From: Candidatus Marinacidobacterales bacterium
Lineage (GTDB): Bacteria; Acidobacteriota; Vicinamibacteria; Marinacidobacterales; SMYC01
NCBI GenBank assembly: GCA_965224085.1
Contig: CBDCYI010000011.1
Span: 928,001 to 992,000 of the forward strand
Reading direction: 5' to 3'
DNA length: 64,000 nucleotides
Below, in pieces: positions 47,832 to 56,985 of the stretch; positions within the stretch are counted from its first letter, which is position 1; each line of letters starts with the position of its first letter. The notes beneath the pieces were generated by a model, which was given only the letters and a program-made list of their open reading frames with translations, ran no database searches and had not been told where the DNA came from. The position numbers were made by a program, and so were the translations under genes.

Positions 47832-49580
47832 TCAGTTTCCTGGATCCCGGTTCGGCCCTTGCGGGCGTCTTTCTCCCTCGATGGGCTCACGGCGTGGCGC
47901 GGGTTGGGGCTCGAAGAGGACGCCGGCGCCGCTGATGCCGTCGATCACGTGAGGGAGGAGATCCTCGATCGAGACATCTGTGCGGCGGATGATACGAGGC
48001 GTCAGCGTCAATACGATATCGGATTCCTCGATCTCCTTTTTGTTGGCCGAGAAGAGCTTGCCGATCAAGGGAACGCTTGCGAGGCCCGGAGTTCCCGTGA
48101 GGCTCGTCCGTTCTACGTCGTTGATGAGGCCTGCGAGGAGACTCGTCTCGCCGTCGCCGAGGCGCAGCACGGTGTTCACCGAACGGTTGCCGAATTTGGG
48201 CAAGCCGCCGAAGCCGGTTCCGGAGATCGTGCTCAACCGCACTTCGAGCGCGATGCTCACCTGATTGTCGTGATGGACGCGAGGCGTGATGAAAATGTTC
48301 ACGCCGATATTCTCGTATTGGAAGGTGGTGACGGGTTGTTGAGCCACGCCTCCCGCAGCGATCGGCGTAAAGGTGGTGATAGGCACCGGGACCCGCTCGC
48401 CGAACTCGGCTTGCGCCGTTTCGCCGTCCACAGCTCTCAGTTGAGGGTTGGCGAGAACGCGCGTGTCGCTATCGGCACGCAGCAAAGTCACGACGGCGCC
48501 GGGTAGACCCGTGGTGAAGAGATTGCTCGCGCTATAGGGGCTCTCGTTCGCGGTTCCATTCTCTGGAAAAATGCCGGCGCGGATTCCGCCGTCTTCGGCA
48601 GCCGAGCGAAACTGAATGCCGTACTCGTCCATCCGTGTCCTATCGACTTCGAGCACTTCGATCTCGACGATGACTTCGCTCCGGCTCTTGTCAATGGAAT
48701 TGATGATGGTCTCAGCCGCGTGGACGCGCTCCGGAGTGTCGACGATCGTGAGCGCGTTGTTGGCTGTGTGCGGTGCGATCCGTCTCGCCCCAAGGACGAT
48801 CCGCAGTAGATCGATGGTCTCCTTCAAATCGGCGCTCGAGAGATAGAACGTTCGCGCGACCTGTTGCTCATATTCCCGGCGCTTCGCCTGTGTGTCCGGA
48901 ATGATCGTGATTAAGTCGCCGCGCTCTGCACGGTAGAAGTTCCCCGTCGTCGTGCAGAGGGAGCGGAAGGCTTGCTCGAAGGTCGCATCCTCGAGATCGA
49001 TCGACACCTTCTCGTCGCGAAAGTCGCTGTCGAAAGCGACGTTGATGCCCGCCAAGGTCCCGAGCGATAGCAGCACGTCGCGAAGACTCGCGTCGCGAAA
49101 TACGAAGGCCGCGGGTGCTATGGCGCCAGGGGCGAGATCCAGGCTTCCAAAGGGGGCATCTCGAATCTGGCGCTTCAGCGCGGAAAGCGATCGCCGCTCG
49201 GCCTCTTCCCCTTGCTCGGCGATCGTGTCCTCGAGCTCGCGCAACTGCACGGCGAGCTGTTGGTCGGTCGGATTCAACGTGAGCGCTATCTCGAGCTCTT
49301 CTTCGGCGCCTCGAAGATCCCCGAGCGTCATCCGGCGGACGCCTTGGAGCGCGTGGGCTTGTGAAGCGCGCAGCTTGGCGCGCTCGAGATCCTGCGCGAT
49401 GTGACGCTCGTCCGGCTTTTCTGCGAGCGCTTGAGTATAGAGCGCTACCGCCTGATCATAGCGCCCCGCCTTTTCGGCGATCTCCGCGTCCTTCACGTAA
49501 GTCGAGCCAGCGCAACCGGACAGCAAAAAAAGCGCGAGCGCGAGAGCTGGGGATCTCCGCGTATGCATAACGGACCTCAT
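47832..49580 (-). CDS. Lipoprotein secretin (GspD/PilQ superfamily) with N-terminal TPR
   Basis: Lipobox LSGC; TPR; N domains; secretin core (VLANPQLR..GERVP, NIGV..ITPRVH, LLAGLI, PGLASVPLIGKLF, LTPRII). Confidence 0.88.
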   Translation of the reverse strand: MRSVMHTRRSPALALALFLLSGCAGSTYVKDAEIAEKAGRYDQAVALYTQALAEKPDERHIAQDLERAKLRASQAHALQGVRRMTLGDLRGAEEELEIALTLNPTDQQLAVQLRELEDTIAEQGEEAERRSLSALKRQIRDAPFGSLDLAPGAIAPAAFVFRDASLRDVLLSLGTLAGINVAFDSDFRDEKVSIDLEDATFEQAFRSLCTTTGNFYRAERGDLITIIPDTQAKRREYEQQVARTFYLSSADLKETIDLLRIVLGARRIAPHTANNALTIVDTPERVHAAETIINSIDKSRSEVIVEIEVLEVDRTRMDEYGIQFRSAAEDGGIRAGIFPENGTANESPYSASNLFTTGLPGAVVTLLRADSDTRVLANPQLRAVDGETAQAEFGERVPVPITTFTPIAAGGVAQQPVTTFQYENIGVNIFITPRVHHDNQVSIALEVRLSTISGTGFGGLPKFGNRSVNTVLRLGDGETSLLAGLINDVERTSLTGTPGLASVPLIGKLFSANKKEIEESDIVLTLTPRIIRRTDVSIEDLLPHVIDGISGAGVLFEPQPAPRREPIEGERRPQGPNRDPGN

Positions 49581-49583
49581 AAC

Positions 49584-50252
49584 CTAGGATTGCGGAACGA
49601 CGCCGGGCTCGTCCGATTGGACGACGACTTCGACGCCTGATGGGATAGTGAAGCGAAACAAGGATTCTGGAAGGTCGATGTCGCGACGGACGTTTTCGAA
49701 CGAGAACTCCGTGTGATTACGTTGGGCGTCGATGAGAACGACCCGTAAGAGCTCGCCGGTCTCGGGAGAGACTTCGATCTCGACATCCTCGAACCCTTCG
49801 TGATGTTTCGTGGGTATCAAATGGAGCATGACACCGCCTTGTCGCGGCTCCTGCTTCGACGCGAAGAACGCGAAGCTGTCGGTCATGCGGCTCGTGCCAG
49901 CGAGAAGCTCGAACGGCGAGCCTTCGCCCATTCCCATGGCTCCTCGAGGATGGTGGCTGACCATGACCTGCTTTTCCATGGGGAGGTAGAAATAGCTGCG
50001 GCTGCCGTCCGTGACGAAGAGCTTCTCTTCGGGCGTCTGATACTCCCACCGCATTCGGCCGGGTTTTTTGACGATGACGCGCCCGCTTTCCTCGATGGTT
50101 CTCCGCAAAACCCGTCTCTCGTAGCGCTGGATAAAATCCGCCGCGAAGCCATCGAACGCGTCGTAATGCTCCTGGACCTTCGTAACGAGTGCTTGGAGCT
50201 CGGCGTCTTGGACGGCCGGAAGCGTAGTAAGAGCGACGAGCAGCGCGAACAT
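49584..50252 (-). CDS. lolA: Outer membrane lipoprotein carrier LolA
   Basis: ADFIQ, KKPGRMRWEY, FVTDG, FRFTIPSGVEV. Confidence 0.9.
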   Translation of the reverse strand: MFALLVALTTLPAVQDAELQALVTKVQEHYDAFDGFAADFIQRYERRVLRRTIEESGRVIVKKPGRMRWEYQTPEEKLFVTDGSRSYFYLPMEKQVMVSHHPRGAMGMGEGSPFELLAGTSRMTDSFAFFASKQEPRQGGVMLHLIPTKHHEGFEDVEIEVSPETGELLRVVLIDAQRNHTEFSFENVRRDIDLPESLFRFTIPSGVEVVVQSDEPGVVPQS

Positions 50253-50425
50253 AGCCCTATTGTACGGCTGTAGTCAGCAAGAAGACCAGTCTTGCCATGG
50301 CAGAACTCGTTTTTGGCTTCATTGTGGTGACCTCACGTTTCTTGCCGTGACTCTACGGCAAGTCAGGCCAAGCACAACTCGCCGGGCTCATCTATAATCC
50401 GCTGAAGCTCGAGAGACCGGAATTC

Positions 50426-51633
50426 ATGAAATCGCTGTTCTTCAAGCTGTTGCTCGCTGTCGCGTCGGTCGCCATCACCCTGCTCGCAATGGAAGGCGTG
50501 GCGCGGGTGGAGCGCATGTTTCGAGGGGCGGGGAAGGAAGCCGCGGAGGTCACGCGATACCACGAATTCGATCCGGTGCTCGGCTGGAGGCACACACCCA
50601 ACACCCGCGTCACCTATCGGCGTCGTGAATACACAGTCGAGGTGGCGATCAATTCGCTCGGGTTGCGCGATCCGAACCGGGGGTATGCAGTGCCTGCCGG
50701 CACTACGCGGATTCTGGCGCTCGGTGATTCGTTCCTCGAAGCCTATACGGTGCCGATCGAGCGAACGGTGACCCAGGTGCTAGAAACTACGCTGAACCGG
50801 TAAGGCACATGTCCGGTGGAAGTGATCAACGGAGGCACTGCCGGATACAGCACCGATCAAGAGTTTCTTTTCTATCAGCGGGAAGGTGCGCGCTATTCGC
50901 CACAAATCGTGCTGCTCTTCGCTTTTTACAACGACATCTCCTACAACAGCCATCAATATTACTATCGCCGGGCCAAGCCAATTTTTCAGATCGGCGAGAA
51001 GGAGGGAGACCCGCCGCTGATCCTTCACCCGCCTCGAGCCCTGCCGGACCAGGAAGTGGTGACGGCGGAGGAAGGCGAGCCCACGGGCTCGGCGCTCCTG
51101 GCCTGGGCCGAGGAGCGCTTGCGCCAGGCTTCCCCCGCCACGCACACACGCTTGGCGTCACTCGGGTTGTGGGAGCCGATCCGTATTCGCGAGCCCCATG
51201 GCTCGCTTCGCGTTTTCGAGCGCGGCACGCTGGAGGGGATCGAGGAAGCTTGGTGGCGCACCGCCAAGATCCTCGAGGCGTTCGACAAAGAGGTTCGCGC
51301 CAACGGGTCGCGTCTCGTCATCGTGTACATTCCCAGCCGCATGGAAGTGCACGATGCTTCCTGGGAAGCAACGCGATTTCACTTCGGTCTCGGTCCAGGT
51401 TGGGACCGGCGTCTCGTGGTGGCGCGACTCACGCAAATTGACGCTGGACGTGCCGGTCCTGGACTTGACTCCCGATTTGCGTGAGGCGGATGGCCGGCTT
51501 CTGTCGAGCGCCTACTTGACTTTCGACGGTCACTGGACGCAGCTGGGGCACCGCGGCGCGGACAGTGGCCGACTACCTTCTAGAAAATCGCTGGCTCGCC
51601 TGTTCGGAGCACGCCGCCGCGCTCGATCCCTAG
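50426..51633 (+). pseudogene. SGNH/GDSL hydrolase-like (AlgX/AlgJ-type) gene, disrupted
   Basis: LGDSF block, in-frame TAA at 50801-50803, continuation VINGGTAGYSTDQ..YND, then frameshifts near 51437 and 51555; DGHW lies in a shifted frame. Confidence 0.75.
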
Positions 51634-51697
51634 GCGCGTCTCCAGGCCCCAATCTCGCCTTCCACGAGCCGAGACAATGTACGCACGACATCAGCCT

Positions 51698-51814
51698 GAC
51701 TACCGGTCGGGCGAGGCCAGGGCGAGTCATCACAAGGTGATCGCCCTTTTGACGGGACTCAACACAACCGAGAAGCTGGCAGATTCTCCGCAGATCCTTC
51801 CAACTAACGTGCAT
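51698..51814 (-). pseudogene. hicA: HicA-like toxin N-terminal fragment
   Basis: MHVSWKDLRRICQLLGCVESRQKGDHLVMTRPGLARPVV with a KGxH motif; C-terminal half not recognisable. Confidence 0.65.
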
Positions 51815-52079
51815 CCAGCCGGTTGTTTCGATCCAAGAAACGGGCAGCTTGATAAGCAGGGATCTCTACGTTCAAGGGAAATTCTTCGCCAAGGAGGTTC
51901 TCGTCCACCGGCCGCCTCTCGATGCTTATGTGCTCGGAAGTCTCGGACGGCTCAACGCTGCTCGGGAGCAAGCGAAATCCACTGTCCCGAAGTACTTCGT
52001 CTAACGTATCGCGCTCCAAGCAGCTCTCGCTAAACAATGCGACGGCTTCCTTGAGCGCGGCCTTCGCGCCCTCGGTCTC
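51804..52079 (-). pseudogene. hicB: HicB-like antitoxin, N-terminally truncated
   Basis: ETEGAKAALKEAVALFSESCLERDTLDEVLRDSGF; stop overlaps the hicA start. Confidence 0.6.
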
Positions 52080-52116
52080 CGGCTTCGACGTCGGCGTAGA
52101 CGTCGTTGCTAGACTC

Positions 52117-52220
52117 TGCTACCCAGATGCTACCCGCGAGCCTTTTGCTACCCAGGGCCCCGCCATGGGTGAAGCACAAATGCTACCCAGGGCCTCCTTT
52201 CCAGCTGTAAGTTATTGATT
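52117..52220. mobile_element. Integrative-element att-site signature (arm-type repeats plus IHF site) at the tRNA 3' end
   Basis: TGCTACCC at 52117, 52128, 52146 and 52181; 52208-52220 reverse-complements to AATCAATAACTTA, matching IHF consensus WATCAANNNNTTR. Confidence 0.65.
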
Positions 52221-52224
52221 CCAT

Positions 52225-52300
52225 TGGTGGACGGCACGGGGATCGAACCCGTGACCTCGGCATTGCGAACGCCGCGCTCTCCCAGCTGAGCTAGCCGCCC
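52225..52300 (-). tRNA. tRNA-Ala(CGC)
   Basis: 76-nt cloverleaf GGGCGGC...GCCGTCC-A-CCA; G3:U70; anticodon loop TT-CGC-AA; TTCGA T-loop; encoded CCA. Confidence 0.97.
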
Positions 52301-52424
52301 CTGTTACTCATGTTGCGGAGCTTTCAAAACGAGCTATGCTAGCAGGACGATTTGCTCCAGGCAAGAGGCGGTGAGATTAACTTGAACTTTGGGGCCTCTC
52401 GCGTGGGCCATGGAAGGAGTCGTC

Positions 52425-54260
52425 ATGAAAACGTGGAAGCTCGGAATTACGGCCGCCGTGCTCACCATCGCGGCAACGGCAGCGGGGGAGAGAACGCAGA
52501 AACCAGTGCTGCATGGGCGCCACTGGGTTGCGATTACCGGCAAGCCTCTCGGGGCGACAGCGGGCGCTTTGATGTTTCACAAAGGTGGCAACGCGGTCGA
52601 CGCGGCCTGCGCTATGCTCGGCGCGACCGCGACTATGTACGACTCGCTCGGGTGGGGCGGCGAAACGCAGACGCTCATCTACCACCCCGGCGAGAAGAAG
52701 GTCATCGGTATAAACGCTCTGGGGGTCGCGCCCGCCGGCGCCACTCCGAAATACTTCAAGAGTCAAGGGATGGATTTCCCTCCCGCTTATGGCCCTCTTG
52801 CGGCTGTCACGCCAGGAACACCTGGCGGTCTCATGGTCATGCTCGCCGAGTACGGCACGCTCACATTGAGCGACGTCCTCGGTCCTTCCATCGAGATGGC
52901 GGAGGGCTATTCGATCGAGGCACAGCTTGCGAACGCCATCGAGCGCGAGAAAGAGCGCATCCGTCAATGGCCCTATTCGCGGGAAACCTTCCTGACCCAT
53001 CCGGGGGAAGAGCGCGAGGCGCCTTATCCGGGTGAGATCTTCCGCCAGCCGATGCTCCAGGCCACGCTCGAGAAACTCGTAGAGGCGGAGGCGAAAGCCC
53101 TCGCGGCGGGAGCTTCGCGCAAGGAAGCGATCTACACCGCGTACGAGCGCTTCTACGAAGGTGATATCGCGGCGGAGTTCGTGCGGGGCTCGCAGGAACA
53201 GGGAGGCCTTCACACGAAAGAGGATCTCGCGGAGTGGAAGGTCCACATCGAAGAGCCGGTAATGACGACCTACAAGGACATCGAGGTCTACAAGCTCACG
53301 CACTGGGTGCAAGGGCCAGTTTTGAACCAGACGCTGAACATCCTCGAGGGGATCGACGTCAAGGCGATGGGCTACAACTCGAGCCGCTACATCCACACGC
53401 TCTATCAAGCGATGAACCTCGCTTTTGCGGACCGAGACTTCTACTACGGTGATCCGTACTTCCCGCCGGAGGAGCCGATCGAAGGGCTATTGTCCAAAGA
53501 CTACGCGGCGGAGCGACGAAAGCTCATCGATTGGGACCACAACGATCCTACCGTCAAGCCGGGCGACCCTTATCCACACCAAGGCGGCACGAACCCCTAC
53601 CTCGAATATCTAGAATCTTGGAGCAGCAAGCAGCCGAGCACAGAGGAAGACGAGCAACTCTTCGAGGAAGGTTTCTACGCGGGGACGACGTCGATCCAAG
53701 CGGCCGACAAAGAGGGTTGGGTGGTCTCGGTGACGCCGAGCGGGGGCTGGAATCCGGCCACGATCGCGGGGCGGACCGGGATCGGCATGAGTCAGCGGAT
53801 GCAGAGCTTCGTGCTGGATGCTCGCGTCAACCCCTACAACGTGCTCCAACCGGGAAAGCGTCCGCGCGCCACGCTCACTCCGAGTCTTGCGCTCAAAGAC
53901 GGTCGGCCTTTTCTTTCTTTTGCCGTGCAGGGAGGGGACTCTCAGGATCAGAACCTGCTGCAGTTTTTCCTGAACGTCGTCGAGTTCGGCATGAACGTTC
54001 AGGAAGCGGCGGAAGCGGCCAATTTCAACAGCTACCAGATGCAGAGCTCGTTTCGCGCTCACGAATCGCAACCCGGGCGCTTGCTTTTGAACGCGTCCGT
54101 CCCACCGTGGGTTTGCGATGGGCTCGTCGCCATGGGCTATGATCTCGAGTTTAGAGACCGCACCTCCGGCCCCATCAACGCGATCTTTTTCGACTGGAAG
54201 CACGGCACGATGTGGGGCGGCGCGAGCAACCACGGCGAAGATTACGGCATCGCTTGGTAG
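52425..54260 (+). CDS. ggt: Exported gamma-glutamyltransferase family protein
   Basis: RBS AAGGAG; signal peptide; GGNAVDAA, LAFADRD..YGDP, catalytic GTTSI, PGKRP. Confidence 0.92.
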   Translation: MKTWKLGITAAVLTIAATAAGERTQKPVLHGRHWVAITGKPLGATAGALMFHKGGNAVDAACAMLGATATMYDSLGWGGETQTLIYHPGEKKVIGINALGVAPAGATPKYFKSQGMDFPPAYGPLAAVTPGTPGGLMVMLAEYGTLTLSDVLGPSIEMAEGYSIEAQLANAIEREKERIRQWPYSRETFLTHPGEEREAPYPGEIFRQPMLQATLEKLVEAEAKALAAGASRKEAIYTAYERFYEGDIAAEFVRGSQEQGGLHTKEDLAEWKVHIEEPVMTTYKDIEVYKLTHWVQGPVLNQTLNILEGIDVKAMGYNSSRYIHTLYQAMNLAFADRDFYYGDPYFPPEEPIEGLLSKDYAAERRKLIDWDHNDPTVKPGDPYPHQGGTNPYLEYLESWSSKQPSTEEDEQLFEEGFYAGTTSIQAADKEGWVVSVTPSGGWNPATIAGRTGIGMSQRMQSFVLDARVNPYNVLQPGKRPRATLTPSLALKDGRPFLSFAVQGGDSQDQNLLQFFLNVVEFGMNVQEAAEAANFNSYQMQSSFRAHESQPGRLLLNASVPPWVCDGLVAMGYDLEFRDRTSGPINAIFFDWKHGTMWGGASNHGEDYGIAW

Positions 54261-54333
54261 TATGCTTGCAGCCTCGAGAACAGCGACGCGGCTCAACAAT
54301 GCTTAAATCGGCGCCTAAGATGACGAGGAAAGC

Positions 54334-55431
54334 GTGATCAAACACTGGAGTTTCGTGGCTTGGTTTTTTGCGGCGACCCTAGCGGCGCCGCTTCTCGCGC
54401 AGGACGTTTTCGATCCGCTCGACCCGATGGATGACGACGAGCAGACCGGTCTCGAGGTCGGGACCGCCATTCCGGACTTCCGTGCCATCGATCAAAACGG
54501 TAAGGCTTTGGATTTCGATGCCGTGAAAGGTCCCAACGGTGCGGTCTTCTTGTTTCACCGCTCGGCGGATTGGTGACCCTATTGCAAAACCCAGCTCGTG
54601 GAGCTGGAAAACTCCTACGACACGTTCAAAGCCCAAGGGCTCGGCGTCGCCGCGATCAGCTACGACACGCCGGACATACTCGCGCACTTCTCGGAGCGGA
54701 TGGGAGGTTTTCGCTACCCGCTTCTCGCAGACCCCGACTCCAAGATGATTCGTGCATTCGGCATCTTGAACCGTAACGTAGCCGAAGGCCACGCTTTCTT
54801 TGGTATGGCGCGACCGGGCACGTTCGTCGTCGATGCGAACGGTATCATCACGTCTAAGTTTTTCGAGCCCGGGCACCGGCAGCGCTTGACCGCGGATAGT
54901 CTCTTGGTCCGCGAGTTCGGCGCGGGCGGTGGTACCCGCTTTTCGATCGTCACCGATCATTTGAAGCTTACCGCCTATCCCGCGCAAGACGAGGCGCGGC
55001 GCGGGAACCGTATTACCCTCGTGATCGAGCTCGATCTGCCGCCGAAGATGCACGTCTACGCGCCCGGCGTTGAAGGCTATCGCCCTGTCTCCGTCGCGGT
55101 TTCCCAATCCCAATATTTGGCGGTGCACGAGACGATCTTCCCCGAGTCGGAGATCATGCACCTACCGGCGATTCAAGAGAGCGTTCCCGTCTTTCACGGG
55201 TCGATCCGCATCCTGCAAGACGTAACGCTCTCGCCTCGGCTTCCGGGCTACGATCAGCCGGACGTTACAGAGCTCGAGATTCCGGCGACGTTCTCGTATC
55301 AGGCCTGTGACGATGTGGTGTGTTATCTCCCCACGGAGCTTCCCGTAAAGTTCAAGTTGGCTCTTCACCCGCACGACGGGAAGCGCGCTCCGGAAGAAAT
55401 CCGCCACAAACCGAGCTCATCGAGTCGTTGA
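54334..55431 (+). CDS. Predicted selenoprotein: exported AhpC/TSA-like redoxin (UxxC) fused to a DsbD-N-like domain
   Basis: 80-aa and 277-aa ORFs are in frame, separated only by TGA 54574-54576 in FHRSADW-U-PYC; AAISYD, YPLLADP, RPGTFVVD; C-terminal HVYAP..YQACDDVVCY. Confidence 0.85.
54591..54607 (+). promoter_or_regulatory. Candidate bacterial SECIS hairpin
   Basis: CCAGCTC-GTG-GAGCTGG perfect stem with a G-containing loop, starting 14 nt after the UGA. Confidence 0.6.
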
Positions 55432-56340
55432 AACGATTTCTTCGGCGAGACGGACGAGCGAAAGCGGTGCCGAGCCTTCGGCTTTGTTGTTGACGATAAC
55501 GAAAGCGCGCTTCGCGCTCTGGCACAGACTTGCGATAGCGCGGCGCGAGCCGGTGTCTTCCTCCGCGAGTTTGTCGAACGGGTAGAAGGCATCTTTGGCG
55601 TCGCCGTAGCGCAAATTGCGGCGTAGCATCCAGCGGACGACGATGGTCGGCCAGACATTCGTTGCGGATTGTCGGACCTGTTCTTCGAGCGAAGGCATGC
55701 TGGGGTGCACGTTGAAACAGTGGCTCGCACCGACATCGTGCAAGAGCTCGCGATAGCCTGCGGTGAAAAGCTCCGGGTTACGGAGCTCGACGGCGTAGAG
55801 CACACCTCGGGGAAGCGCGGACAAGAAGCGGTGGAGCTTTTCGTTGAACCGAGCGACGTCGTCGAACCGCTGCGGCGGGAACTGGAGCAACATTACTGCG
55901 GCGCGATTACCGAGGCCGTCGAGACAAGGCCCGACAACTTCGTCGACGGCGTATCCGGGCTCGAGAAAAGACGGGTTGGGCGAGGCGGAGTCGTCCTTGA
56001 GGCGCGCGCTCGTCACGATCTCGTGGGCTTTGACAACGAAGCGAAAATCTGGCGGTACCGATTTGTAGCGAGCGAAGTCCTCCGCCGTGATGGGACCGTA
56101 ATAGGTTCGGTCGATGCACACCGTGCGAAACAAAGGATGACGCGCATAGGCAAAAAGCCCGTGCCGCGCGAGCGTCGTCTGCGAGACCTTGCGATCGTAA
56201 ACGGTGCCGTTCCAGCCGGGAAACGACCAAGAGGAGGTGCCCAGGTAGTAATTCTCGTCGAGTGCTGCGGCGAGCGCGCGCACCCGGGCCGGAGGTTCAG
56301 CCGCGCCGACAGGGGCAAAAAGCGACAGCTGTTCCATCAT
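55417..56340 (-). CDS. DUF72 family protein
   Basis: LGTSSWSFPGW, DRTYY, FRFVVKA, LLQFPP, AVELR, VNNKAEGSAP. Confidence 0.92.
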   Translation of the reverse strand: MMEQLSLFAPVGAAEPPARVRALAAALDENYYLGTSSWSFPGWNGTVYDRKVSQTTLARHGLFAYARHPLFRTVCIDRTYYGPITAEDFARYKSVPPDFRFVVKAHEIVTSARLKDDSASPNPSFLEPGYAVDEVVGPCLDGLGNRAAVMLLQFPPQRFDDVARFNEKLHRFLSALPRGVLYAVELRNPELFTAGYRELLHDVGASHCFNVHPSMPSLEEQVRQSATNVWPTIVVRWMLRRNLRYGDAKDAFYPFDKLAEEDTGSRRAIASLCQSAKRAFVIVNNKAEGSAPLSLVRLAEEIVSTTR

Positions 56341-56372
56341 CTCAACGGCATCTCAAGCATCTCAATGGCAGC

Positions 56373-56921
56373 TCATGGATCGACGACGAGCGTGGTGCAC
56401 ACGGAGATGGGCGTTTTCCCGAGCCGTGGAGGCTCGTACTTCCATTGACGCGCGGCGTTCAAGAGCGCTTCCTCGGCGGCGGCCCAGCGCGGCTCGAGCG
56501 AGCGCAAGATCGTCGCTTCCATGACGTCACCGTCCGGCGTGATGACAATCTCAGCGACCATTTTGCCGGTGCGCTCGACGCGATCGACGGGGAACTGGGG
56601 GTCGACAACGTGGGTGCGAACCGGCATCGGGATGCCTCCGACGCCCGCGAGGAGGGGGTTCGGGATATTGGGCTTCAGCCACGCGCTCGACCACTTGCAG
56701 GCGCGGCTCGCTTCTGCGCTCGAAAGATCTATGGGCTCGTCGAGCGCGAAAACGGGCTCTTCCGGTACCGTCTGCACCTCTTCGTTGCCGATCGTCGCGG
56801 TCTCGAGTGGCTCCTCTCCAATCACCGCCGGCGCCCTCTCGCTCGCTTTCGGGCTTTCACGCGGCGGCGGGCCGCACTGCCAGAGTGCGAGGGCGGCGAG
56901 CAGAGCCAACGAGCGCGGCAT
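56373..56921 (-). CDS. TonB C-terminal domain lipoprotein
   Basis: Lipobox-like LALWQC; C-terminal VDPQFP..GKMVAEIVITPDGDV..AARQWKYEP. Confidence 0.75.
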   Translation of the reverse strand: MPRSLALLAALALWQCGPPPRESPKASERAPAVIGEEPLETATIGNEEVQTVPEEPVFALDEPIDLSSAEASRACKWSSAWLKPNIPNPLLAGVGGIPMPVRTHVVDPQFPVDRVERTGKMVAEIVITPDGDVMEATILRSLEPRWAAAEEALLNAARQWKYEPPRLGKTPISVCTTLVVDP

Positions 56922-56985
56922 GTTAGGTCGAGCGACATTGTATTCCCTAACCCGCCAGGACCGCGAACTCCAGTTACCGCTCTTC

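Noticed and set aside
50801-50803. Stop read-through as Sec or Pyl in the SGNH gene
   Set aside because: The codon is TAA, not TGA or TAG, and further frameshifts follow
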